64,000 nucleotides of DNA from Phoronis australis. Its lineage: Eukaryota > Animalia > Phoronida. Numbering within the stretch: the stretch's first letter is position 1; each line of letters begins with the position of its first letter. The DNA is taken from assembly GCA_002633005.1 (NCBI GenBank), contig NMRA01000426.1, positions 268,506 to 332,505 of the forward strand, in the 5' to 3' direction. The notes under the pieces are model-generated. The model searched no databases, was not told the DNA's origin, and was given only the letters and a program-made list of their open reading frames with translations. This document shows, one piece after another, positions 1 through 27,200 of the stretch. Made by a program: the position numbers and the translations under genes.

Positions 1-335
1 AAGGAAAATAATTATTTTATAAAATAACTTAAAAATTGGAGCATCCCGACACGACGGTAAAAATGTGGTCACCCTGTCACAAATGCGTGTTTCTAAGAAC
101 GAATTTTGGAGTGAAAAGTGTCGGCCGCAAACCATTAATTGTGACCAGGAAGTACACGAGTACCAATTTCCCCTAGTTTTGATTTTTAACTTAACAAACT
201 CGTGATGGACACTACTACAGGTTGGTAATCTTTGATCAATTAAAATAGCGTTATCGTGCAGGTCCCGCTTCAGATGTGTTGCAAGGAGCATTACGAGAAA
301 CGGTTTTACTGAACAGTTCTAATGTGTTCTTTCAG

Positions 336-14908
<14,573 letters not shown>

Positions 14909-16426
14909 AACGGTCGCAATAGACTAGACTGAGCAACGCGACTGAACCATGGTGCAGTATCAGCTGAGAGTACCGTAATGGATAAAATGTAAATGTAATT
15001 CGTCACTGCGTATCACGTGTATTTGCACAGTATTAGAAAAATAAACCATGTTCTATTAGTCATTGTCGTTGATTCATTCATGGGCCATCATTATTTCTAA
15101 AAGTGTCACGGTAACTCTTTGTACTCATTATCTCTCTATAATAATATCCACTCATGTGAAGGTCAATGTATCGCAGTTAAGTTACCACGAAAAGCTCACA
15201 CACATTCGTATTGGCCGTACATGGGCATATTGAGAGCCTTGAGTCTTCCGAAACATGCATTTTTTAAAAAAATATTTATACTCTACAGCTTAATACTAGA
15301 AATGAATTAGACATGCACCAACCTGTTGGTGCGTTTGCGGTCTCGGCTACAACTATGCGTCTTAAATTGAATGTCTTGTATTTCTTTAGTCCATTTTAAT
15401 TATGTTGTGGTTCGCATTTGTTTTGCTTCATTGTTTGTTGTTAAACGAGTAATAAACAAGCCAAAAGACGAACGTTTCTTTCGGCCACTACTTGCAAAAT
15501 AGGTCTCATCTATTTTCCTGATAAAAATGGTTTCTGGACTTGAAAAGTTCGTTATTGCTCTAAACTAGGCACATAAAGTCTGCTCATCTCGGTATGGTCG
15601 TCGGTCGGGGCAATCCGGGAGTTTTTCTGCAGTTTATTTCAATAATAGTTTGGTAATATTTGAACGTGCTTAGTTAGTCTTGAGGTACCACTGCGTCTAT
15701 TCAAAAAATATATCCACACTCAGATGGCGATTTCGTGCACACTTTGGTGGGAGTAACCTCCTATCATGCACCACACTTTGGTGGGAATGACGTCTTTTTC
15801 TTCTTTCTTGGTTAGTAAGGTTTCCCTTCGAAAACTATCTCACGATTGACTGGTTTGTGGACAGCAAGCCTGTCGCTCTTGGACTAAAACGAGTTATCCA
15901 ATCTCTGGGCTTCTACTTACTATGCTGCAGCCGGCCAAATCCGCCATTCAGAATTGTCGTAAGTGCAAGTCCTTGGTTCCCATCATGTCATAGACGGTTT
16001 TCACTTGACGTCATCGACAGGATTGGGTTAGTGACTTATTTCAATTCCTTCATACAGTTTCGACCCTCATGAACAAGAAAAAGAAAACAAAAAACGTGTC
16101 AAGTCAGCAAGGGCAGTTTAATTTGGCTCCCACGTCACATTTCAGTAAGTTGAATGAAATTTCAGCATATTTAGGATGAACGACTGCAGCTTAACTACTT
16201 TACGAGTGAAAACTGACCGCCAGACTAAAACATGACTGCCGGACCAAAACATGACCGCCGGTCCTCCAAGCCGGACCAATTCACCACAAAATAGGACCTA
16301 TGGGATCAAATGGGATCGCCGCACCTGAAAATGCGACCGAGGTACTTAAAAACATGACCCCCCACTACAAAACAGGACCGCCAGAGACTGAACATGGCCA
16401 CCGGGGATTGAAACTTGACTGTCCCA

Positions 16427-16480
16427 CCTAACCCTAACCCTAACCCTAACCCTAACCCTAACCCTAACCCTAACCCTAAT
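16427..16480 (+). repeat. Interstitial telomeric repeat (CCCTAA)n, preceded by ~20-bp degenerate repeats
   Basis: About 9 CCCTAA units; AAAACATGACCGCCGGAC-like units at 16210-16420. Confidence 0.92.
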
Positions 16481-18350
16481 CCCACCGCTCAGCTGTGATG
16501 ATGACATACAGTATAAACAATTGAAAGAAGGTCAACGTTTAAAATTAACAAATCTAACCAAAAAACAACATTTTGAGCTAAAAATTATAATTTTTTTCCG
16601 TTGCGTTAATTTTAGAAGAAACTAAAACTTTTTTCCAATTTGACGTTTTAGACAATTCAAAAACGCAATCGATGATAATTGGTTCTCGGGTAAAGTATCG
16701 TCATAATTAGCTTTGGTATCAAGCTGTACGTATACTAAATATACAGGTTTGCGCTGATGTGGGTAAAAAACTGATCAAATAAAATCTGACACGAATTTAG
16801 TGTCTTTAAAACGACACAACTCTTCCTTGAGTAAACTAAATTATATACCGGTGTTGGAAAAATTGGCGCTCTGTCGTTATTCTGCTGCTAAAACTGTGGT
16901 GCGTTCTTTTGTATCGGCTTTCGGCGCCATGAAATATTGCGTAAGTTATTAGCCAGTTTTGTTTTTCCCCGATTCTTCAGTCATCTGTTCTACTTTTCCA
17001 CGAGGTTGCGTACATGTCATGACAAATTATCGGAACTGTGTGCACCAGAAAAGTCCTCAAGGAAAGTCAAAGTAATCTGATCCGAAAGCAAACTGCAAGA
17101 AAAATTAACTCATTGAAAGAAACCGGTAATGTGGCTGTCTTTTAGCACAATAAATACGATGGCGGTATTCTACTAGTCAGATCACAGAATCTTTGGACAA
17201 TTAAGTAAAAATCGAATCCAAAAATTCTTACATGGCCGCCCGGCAAATGGATCTCCGCTCTAATTTGAGCTTTGTATTATCGCATTTCCCGAAAAGTAAA
17301 TAAAACGACACAGAAGACTACCCAAAGTCTGTGCTTTTTACTAAAAAAATAAATTGTAACCGCACACATAATTTCCCTGTTTTTGTAACTGTATTTCCTT
17401 AAAAGTTATATATCTTTATTCCGTTTGATGCCTCTCCAATAGCAAGTAATCTTCGAAGTCATAAATTTCGTGATATGTTAGTAAATACATCCGAGTGATT
17501 ATTTGGGGTTATTTCGAGGCCATTACAGATACGTGATGCACAGTGGCACAAAATGCTAATATCATAAAGCAATTAAAATTTGTGACCTCCCTCAAACCCT
17601 CTTTACAGTTGGAATAAAAACTGCCAGCTTGGTAGGTCACTAGTCAGAACACCAATTAGACAATTCAGAATTACATTTTTTCAGTGTGCGTGTACGTTTT
17701 TTGAAACTATGGTGTTTTCTGATCACGAAATAAAACTGTGTCAACGTTTTTTCACGCAGTGCATGAAGTAAAACAGACAGAGTTTATTTACTAACCGCGT
17801 GTCCCCATCAATTATACTGGTGCGTTTATGCGACCTGTATACTTCCCCAGATAAGGGGGGACTTGTGGGCAAATTAGAGAGAGCGTCAACTAAATACCTG
17901 ATGTGAGCGTGAACATTATTAAAAAGGTGTACGAATGTATTCAGAAATTGACGTTGCTCTGTAGAAGAAAATGAAATTTAATGCGACCCAGAGGAGAAAA
18001 CGCAATGTAGAAATGGTTAGTAAAGTTGAGGTAACACTGTGCTCCACCCTGTACACATGAGACGTATAGGCGCACCCAATACAATCATTTTAAGCACAGA
18101 AACAAACACCGGTATGATGTGGAATTATTTTAGATTCTAAACCAAACTTCACCAACTTGCTAAATTACTATAAAAAAAATCGCATAACTTGGGGTGCGGA
18201 GAAGTAGTCCTGCTAAGCGCCATGGAAAGCGCCCAAAGATTCCAGGCTTGTGGTAGTTGGAGCCAGCGAAATTTCACACTCTTTCCTTGAAGCTATAACG
18301 GACAAGCCATATTGAAAGTAACTAGCCATAAAATTGACTTTCCTGGAATG

Positions 18351-18642
18351 CAGTGGCGGATTTAGGGGGGGGGCAAGGGGGCCATGCCCCCTAAAATTCT
18401 ACCAGATACCATTTGGGAGTTCGGGTGCGCGCAATCAGGGGCTCGTCGGGGGTGAATAAACAACGCATAGGCCCTGAACAAACTGAACAAACTGAACAAA
18501 CCCCGTTTACCGTTTTTTATGTCAACCCCAAACATTCGAGGCCTCTGCGTCCCCACATTTTAGGCTGGGTTCGCGCATCTGTCAAAATTCTGGTTATTCC
18601 CGTGCCCTGTCCCCCCAACTCAAAATCCTGGATCCGCCCCTG
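18351..18642. mobile_element. MITE, CAGTGGCGGAT family
   Basis: CAGTGGCGGATTTAGG...CCTGGATCCGCCCCTG inverted ends with flanking direct repeat GAATG; partial related end at ~37025-37052. Confidence 0.7.
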
Positions 18643-18947
18643 GAATGAACAATATATACTAGATACTTCAACTTGTTCATTCGAGAATATATACAGATCA
18701 AACAGCATGGTAAGCCGACACTAGCCAGGATTGTGTTACGTGGAATCTCGCGAGTAGATAAGTGTGACCACGTGCTTTGCTTGCAAAGCATGGTGACATC
18801 TCGCGAAAACTTTCGTGATGGTGTGTTTTCACGAGTGTATTGCATCTCCGGAACGGGCACCTGCATTATCAAGTTTAAGTAACAAAAGTTACAAGAATAC
18901 GTAATTCCTAAACCGGCGCGGAAAAGTGTATCGCAAACATTCTAAAA

Positions 18948-19192
18948 TCTGATCAGCATGCCACCTGTGGCCACCTCAAGTGAATTAAGTATTTATTTAC
19001 TCAGGAGTTCAAGGTCGAGATGCCCACTACTAAGTGTGGATTTCTGTATTCGACCGGTGGTGTCGATGCCTCAATGGACTAGAGCGTCTGCACGGTTGGC
19101 AGAACGTCGTGGGTTCCGGTTGGGGCAGAAATCCTTTCAGACTTACATTCATTAGGTCACGTTATGTGGCCACAGGTGGCATGTTGACCAGA
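18948..19192. mobile_element. MITE with ~27-bp TIRs
   Basis: TCTGATCAGCATGCCACCTGTGGCCAC ... GTGGCCACAGGTGGCATGTTGACCAGA. Confidence 0.65.
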
Positions 19193-22100
19193 CTTAAAAA
19201 CGTCTGCATTAAAGAATTAAAGAAGTGAAAATGCAGTTAAAATAAGGATCACTTTTAACGGCTGGTCTATGAAGATTTAGTGTTGAATTGTGTAACTGAG
19301 TTCATTGTTTGTGTTGCACAAGTGAAAACTTGGTCCACGTACTACTTAATAACGTGTTGTCTCCAGAACACAGACCTGCTCGAGACTCGATAAAACAGCC
19401 CTGGTGATTTGGGCTAGAGCTGTTCTACTGCAGACTCCTGTCACCGGTGTTTGAGAACTAGACCTATTACCTGCATTGCGCAAGGTGATGTCAATATTCA
19501 ACATATATTTGCTCAGTAACTGAAACTATCCTGAAGAAGAATCGTGAACTATACTTTACGTTATCATACAGATAAGTGACCATCTGCTGAGTTGCACCCT
19601 TGAGGGAAATCAAAAAACACACCTCTATTTAAAGAAAACAAAGGTGAAACTATCAACCCAAAGAAAGATTAATTGGCTCTAATTTAGGCCAAATGAACCC
19701 TGTTTGACACTGATCTCATTCAGATTGCCACATTCTGTGCTCTCTGACTCGGCTAAAGTACTTAGTTCATTTCACGTAACAACTCATGTAAACTTTAATC
19801 TGTATTTTTTAGCGTTGAACTCTAACTCACCCCTATGAGTCAGACAAAACGCTTGTTTAAGATGATAAAACGGCGGCACGGTGAGTTCACGGAGAGAGCA
19901 ACTGAAAAAATAAAACAAGACACCAAAATTTGTTATTGTAATTTTGCTTTTCGAATGCACAATTTAAATCACCATATTAAGAGCCAGGTACATTGGTTGA
20001 GTCGCCACAGAAGGAATAACAACGTTGAAATATCTATGGTCATTTCGTGGGACAACGGTTTACATTTGAAGCAGCTTCCATTTAGCTGCATTTTGAAGTT
20101 GAGTATTGCGGTAGTTGTACATGAAGCTATTTCAGTGATCAGGCTTGTTTTGCAGAAAGAAATAATCCTGTAAAGCAAATTACTCGTTTTAGCTTTCCAC
20201 GATTTTACTACCGTGTCTCTTCAGTGTTGAGCTCATAAGCGGTATTCATTTGACGTTCTAAACTTTCTCAAACTCTTCATCATAATTTGAAACAGCAAAT
20301 GTTCGATCTCTAAAACCACGCCCAAGCTCACTGTATGGTATGAATGATGAAGTTTGTTATGCTGACACATGTTTGTTATTTTTAAAAGCGACAAGACTCA
20401 CAAATATATTTGTTATGTCGCACACAGTGGTGGAGAACATTTAGACAAAACCAATTAATTATTTTGTACAAAAAATGACCTGTTGTCGTCTACCTACTTT
20501 TAGACAAGAGCTGTAGTTTCCAACACGGAAATCAAGCCCTGCAACCGCCAACACACACCGCTTAAAACTGTCAACCTTATTTTAACAGGAACTCGGGAAC
20601 AAACGTTTCATATGCTGTCCGTTTGTTGCTAGCTTGTGATGTTGACCTAACATTCATTTAAACTAAATTTGAAGTCTGCATCTCATGTCCCTACTCTCAC
20701 AATGTTGGATATTGGGCTGCGTTTCGTCGTAAACCACGTGATTCACTTGTAACGCTTGACAATATCTCGCTAAGTCTCACATGATCCTGCGTTTTTGCGA
20801 GGTTCTTGCGTCTACACAACGCAGGCCTGGAATTATTCCAGTCGTTGATCACGTGACACATTTGACCAAATGTTAGGAATAGCAAAGAACAGCTTTCCCG
20901 GTTGAATTATAATCGTTTCAAAACATGTTTTCCCAGATTGGTGTTAAAGCTGCAGACAAAACATTGTGTATAATTGTTGAAGGTCTTACATAACATTTAT
21001 ATTCACAACAGGAGAAAGTAGCACTTTGACCTAAAACAACGACTAAATGTTTTGACTAATTATTACAGAACGCGTCCAAAATGCACTATTTTGCGAAAGT
21101 TCTTTACTTTTGGTCTTGAAAAACCAAGTCAGCTCCGACAGTATATACAGGAAGTACGAAACATGAAAATATGAACAGCATATTGGGCCAAAGACTTGTA
21201 CAGAGTCTATTGGAGCTAATTTCAAAGTCAAATTTCCCATCTTTTATGACTACCCGAAGTGCAGCTGGTTACATGAAGAAACGACCAAAAATACACTAAA
21301 TCCGCAGTTTTCACCCCCAAAGCCACCATTTGCAGGCGATTAGTACGAACTGAGACACAGAGCATTCAGACTGCCAAAACTTTCCACATTACAGAAATCA
21401 GGTGAAAAGTGGTGTCGACTTGCTAGATTTCTTACAAATCCAAAGTGTCTCTTGGTATTTCCTTCTAAATATCAACTTCATGCTTGCAAGCAATACAGTT
21501 TTAAGAAAAGCCACGGCTGTGTCGAGGGGTCAACAGCTAGCAATCATTCATTCAGAACAGATTAAAAAATCAAGCAACTGACATTTGTAGCCTTCACATG
21601 CAGCACTGGGGCCCGTTAACGCTAAGCACTGGAGCTCGTTCACGTGCAGCACTGGGGTCCGTTCATTTTTACTTAAGTCTAAGATTTGTCTCAACTTCCA
21701 AACTTTGAAATTTCCACATCCAGTAAGTTAGTCAGCATTAAGACAAAACTTTAGTCAAAACCTTAAGTCAAACTTTTGATCATTTTCTTGAAACGGAAAC
21801 GAAACAAATTTAAGTTTTATCTTAAAATTGGACAAAATTTATGACTTGCCTTAGCTAAGTCAGATTTTTGGCACGGGGCCCCAGAACTTAAAATACCCAG
21901 TCAACACAATAGGCGTCAATTTTAATGAAACGAGCTAGGCAAATTGAATCGTGCCTCGATAAAGCTAATGAGTGCCATCAAACAAGCTTGGAACTGACGG
22001 AAACGGACGACATGGAATGATTGCATGGTCCAGAGTAATTCTTGCACATTTTGTAATAAATGCTTCCAGCAACTATTCGGTTCCCTCTCAGATTTGGCTC

Positions 22101-24172
22101 ACGGTGTCTAAAGTCTGATGCTCAACTTTAATAAATCATATGAACACTATACGTCAAGTTTGATTGTGAAAAAGCCCTATGGAAAGCAGTGTGAACTGAT
22201 GGGGCTACCCTCATTGTAAATATTACATTAATAAATAAAAAGTGTTTCAGAATTTGTTTTCGTAAATTGACTTTTGTGCATTGCAGTGGCAAGAACCTTA
22301 GTACGGGTGGTGCAAAAGCAATGAGTTTGTTCGAGTAGAAAGTCACTCTGGCAGAAAGTATAGGCTCCTATCGAGCTGGTGACCACTAGAGGTCACTCTG
22401 GTTGATTAGGAACAAACCAACCAATCTGGTGCCAGGTGTCAATCGAAGTAGCGTTACCCACCAGTCGGATGGAAGAGTGTGCTCACGTGACGTAAACCTT
22501 TGATTGGCAGGCATTTTTCTTCGACATGTTTCTGCATGAGACAAATGTGGTCATCGGTGGATTTCGAGGCAAAAAGGTTAAACACATCAATGGGTATTGT
22601 GTAAATGAGTCAGCAAACATCCTGATCGTTCAACGCGGAGCAGAGTTGTTTCCATTTCCAAAACCAGCAAAAGAAATATCGGGAAATGCTTTTGGTGGAT
22701 TTGAGCATGCCGGAGACTACACGACGTGAACATTCCCGATCTTAACTACCATGTGCACGAAAGTAAAAAGGCTCTTTACTTAAGATGATATTTCTTTATG
22801 AATTCCCAACACAATGCAGATATGTTGTACGTTGAACAGCCTCAGAATACTTCCCGGCCGGTGACTTCGCTGCTCAGTTACGCAGCGGACATCCTCATGT
22901 TGCAACCAACCATAAAGTTCAAATTTGACCCAATTTCTGAAATATGGACAAATATGCAACCTAAGTAAAGAATTCATTCAGAATATATGAATGTATGTAT
23001 GTATGTATGTGTGTATGTATATATGTATATAGTAGATGTCAGAAAGGACGCGAGCGTGAGATTCTCCCAAATACTTTAGGAACGACTCAACGGCAATCAT
23101 TTGACAATTTATTTTATGGGGTAGTGTCATGGACGAGATCAAATATGTTGCTTGCGTGTTAAGTGCCCCATTTTATTATTTCAAAACACAAATTAAATAT
23201 CTTTATTGTTAATCGAATTAGACTCATAGATTTTGATTGGGAGCGATTTAGCTTCTTAGTATGTTATGTATAATTTTTGTTTGCAAAGATAAACCATGCA
23301 GTTGACCCAAGGTAGTTTAATCGTCAATCATACTCAAAACGTGTCCCAGATGGGATTTGTCAACAAGAATGAGTAACTGCTGATAAAATTTTTGAAATCA
23401 CGTATACTTTTAATTAGTTAAAATCTATAGTTTTGTAGATGTTTGTATAAATACGCATACTTGTTAATAAAGCCTTACATAATCTTAACGTGAATTTTAA
23501 CTTACAGTCGAAAACTGCGGAAGAATTTCATCAAATGCCACTCAGTTTACTTTATGTATCATTAAGTTCTCACGCCAAGCTGCCACCACGTGACATTTCA
23601 ATCGATCTCTTGACCATCAATATTTTTGCCCCAGATATATTTGTTTAGAGATTAAAAAGGTATGTCCTAACGTTATGAAAAAAGAACATGTTACGTGAAT
23701 AAGCTAAAATTAAATTTAAAAATCAATGTTGTTTTTATTTATTTCCCCCGTTTAGTAAACTGTGCTCCTAAATTATTCATAAAAACAAGAACCGAAATTT
23801 TCCTCAGAATCTACAAAGATTTACGACATATCATCAATTTTGACTTATAATTCGTCGCAGGATGAAAATTTCATCAACTTCTCCAAAAGAGGACGCTTTT
23901 GGTCCCACCGGGTTTCCAAGTAAGGACGAAAATGCGCATAGGCACAATGTCCTCGAAATGATAAAACGTACAAAGGTAACCATCCTATAGTCGCGTAAAT
24001 TACTTTTAAAATTTTGAAAGCAAACATGCTGCATTGACAAATCGGCACTTCCAGACGTGACCTATCGAAGAGACGTGTTCGAACTATATGTTGGAATAAT
24101 CTGAAGCCAAAACACCTTTGAACGGGTCTGTCAAAATGGGGTGAGTCAACGACCGATGCCCTGGAGAAGGTG

Positions 24173-24180
24173 TATATATA
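24173..24180 (+). promoter_or_regulatory. Probable TATA box of the vitellogenin gene
   Basis: TATATATA followed by GGGG, about 60 bp upstream of the signal-peptide ATG (24235). Confidence 0.6.
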
Positions 24181-24234
24181 GGGGTGCTGTCAGAAGCAGA
24201 GTCCAGAACAGAGCTGCTAAGAGGAGCAAACACG

Positions 24235-24283
24235 ATGTCTCGTCTGGCCCTCTTCTTGATCTTTGGTGTTTGTTTCGCTTCTG
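24235..24283 (+). CDS. Vg: Vitellogenin exon 1 (signal peptide)
   Basis: MSRLALFLIFGVCFAS G|gtaagt. Confidence 0.85.
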
Positions 24284-27200
24284 GTAAGTCAATACTGTTG
24301 CAGTCATCGGTGAGACGGTGTTTGATAGCGACAAACTATAGAGCAGGTTTAGTGTTCCATGCCTAATGTAGTCGTCCCGTGCATCGTATTGGGGGCGAAG
24401 CCTTTCAGTGTTCTTCCTTCTGTACTTTGTTCCGCTGGATAAAGGAAAGTCTCAAGTTTACATTTTCATTCTTCAAATTCTTACTCATACATACCATTCT
24501 AATTCTAATACTGCACCACAAAATAAATTTGGCCATGTTCCTAATGCTTTTCTGTTTGCTAAATTTTGCTAAAAAGAATCACTTAATGACTGATTCCTGT
24601 TAACTTTTACGTGTTTTTTTTTGTCATTTCATAAAACATTCACTTCATATATTAACAGTTTTGTAGATATTTGACCAAATGCGCACCAAGACCATAACGT
24701 TACTGACACTTAAAGAGTCTTTTATCTGACATCTCATTCATTTCATCAAACCTTTCTTGTGTCAATCACTAATAACTGTTTTTCTATTTTCATTTCAGAA
24801 CACTCACTTAAAGAAAAGGGTAAGTGCTTAATTTCCTTCAACCCTGTATGAACTTAGCTGCATATGCCAATACCACCTGAAGGCGCTGTGCAACGTAGTT
24901 AGGCAATTAAACCATACAATGTCACTTGCATTAAGAAATACTCCTGCAAATAATGGACATACAACACGTTGCCACGTGTTGAGAGCAACTTGAGGAATTT
25001 CATCTCCGGCGCTGCTGTCTTTTTCAAATGCACGGTGATACGGCGATCGGTTAGTAAACATCCAGTGACATCCGGTCACACAATGCAATTGAAAAAAGAC
25101 ACCAGCGCTAGATATTCGGTTGGCTGGGCCTCTCGGGAACCGTGTTACGAAATGGTTGCTCTTTCAAGTTTGCGCCTTTTCGTATTTACAAAAGTTGTTT
25201 AAGCCATCATTATTCTATCAAACAACTCTCCAGGTTACGATATCTTGAAACAACAATGCAGTTTGTATTTGTCTCGGTATTGAGGCTGTCATAAATGCGA
25301 TCAGTTCCGTAGACATAAGACTCTCGCCAGTAAAGGCAGCGTGGTACGTGTTCAGCTTGCACTGCATGGCGATATCTCGCAAATATTTGCGTGACCTGCG
25401 TTTTCGCGAGGTTGACACGTAAACGGAACGCACGCCTGATGTTGGAACAGTTACTGTGTCTGTATCGCTTCATAAAAAGATAACAGGTTACCAACAAAAC
25501 CCATTTCTAAAGGGTCCAGGCGGGCTCTTTCCACTTGCAATGAAAATTCTTTCGAACATATTGCAAAATGCAAAAAACTTTTGTCGATCTAATCATGTAA
25601 CTGAGTAAAACTGGAGATCCATTTTAGGTTTGCTTTCTTTCAAAACTGAAGTTCATTGCTCTAACTACAAAGTACATTTAGAAAATGACTAAAACAGTTA
25701 AGTGCCTCATCATGAAATAATCTACTTGTTTGCAACTAGGAAGGGCTTACCTTGCTTTGTTTAGTGTTCCGTGCGGGCAACGACTACCACTATGCGTACG
25801 AAGGACAACTACTTAGCGGTATCCCTGGCGCCAGTAAACTCTACTCCGGCCTGAAGATGAAGTGGCAGTTTCAACTGCAGTTCAAATCTGGTGGCAGGGT
25901 TGTGATGCAGGTATGCTACCACAGCTACGAATTCACTCGAAATGCTAACGGAATACATTATTGTTCAACCAAGGTCGCTGTAGTTTTTAAGAACACCTGT
26001 CCTGTTCTACACTGTAAGTTAAATCTTTTGTTGCGAAACCAAATAATAATCTGTCTTTAATTGGAAATTACAACAAAGTAGGAACTTGCATTGTAAGAGG
26101 GAGAACCCCAGTCCCATCCTCAACCTTTAAACTTACCAACATCTAGAAATTAACACTTAGTTAAAATTTTATACACAGGCATTCTGTTAAGAAAATAAAT
26201 TTTAATTTAGACTATATCATTTGCAGTCTCGATGTGTTTCATAATTGAGACAAACCACTTAGGCTTTGGTAGATGGTCGAGGTCAAAGGTTAGTTCCTGA
26301 GCAGAAAAGCGATTTCTTAGCAGGTTTAATGTGAGTCTTGTAAATATACATACAGTAAGCATATTGATATCGCATATTTCATTTAGATGCATGACATCAA
26401 CGTCCGAAACATCAACGACATGGTGATTTCATCTCCAAACGCCCAGATTCCCTTGGACAAGTTCAATGAACTCAGATTTGAAGAAATTCAAAAGCTGAAG
26501 TCAGAGCTGGCGAAAGCTTGTGAATTCAAGTAAGGACGATTTAACTTTAGAATACATGAAATTGAGTAAATTCTGTGACATGTTTCATTAAAGATAATTT
26601 ATAAATCAAAAGTTTTTGCAAGTCGTACTCCACCAGAAACGATTTTGTAGTTATGTTTCAGATAAAATAACGTTCACAGTTCAAGTAGAGAAATGTTAGC
26701 ACAAACGTGGTTCAGAAATAGGTGCTAGTATGGTCTAAATAATTCGCACACCGTGAATTTGAGCGTGTTTCTTTAAAATTCGTCTATAGACAATGCGGTT
26801 GTGGGTCCAGTGAGGTGTGCTGTTGCCATGGAAAGATGTTTAGTGTGGCCACTGTATTATAGATACGAGCGAGGAGAGATCACAGACTTCAAATGTTCCA
26901 CCAGTGAACCGTTCTGGTCCGTTAACATGAAAAGAGGTGCTCTCAACTTCTTCCAACTGAATTTGGACGAGCGACGCGCCATGTCTGATATTGATGACGT
27001 CCTGCTCAGGAACGCGCTGCCCAAACTGGAGCCGTCAAAGAGCATGTTCAGAGTTATGGAGGTAAATCAACGATAAAGCAATAACTGAAAACTAAAACTG
27101 CTTTCGCAATCATCATTTTACTGTTTACCACTCGGTTGAAGTGTCACTTTCATGATTAACATCTTCGTCTTGTAGTAAATTCACTTACACACTAGCGACT

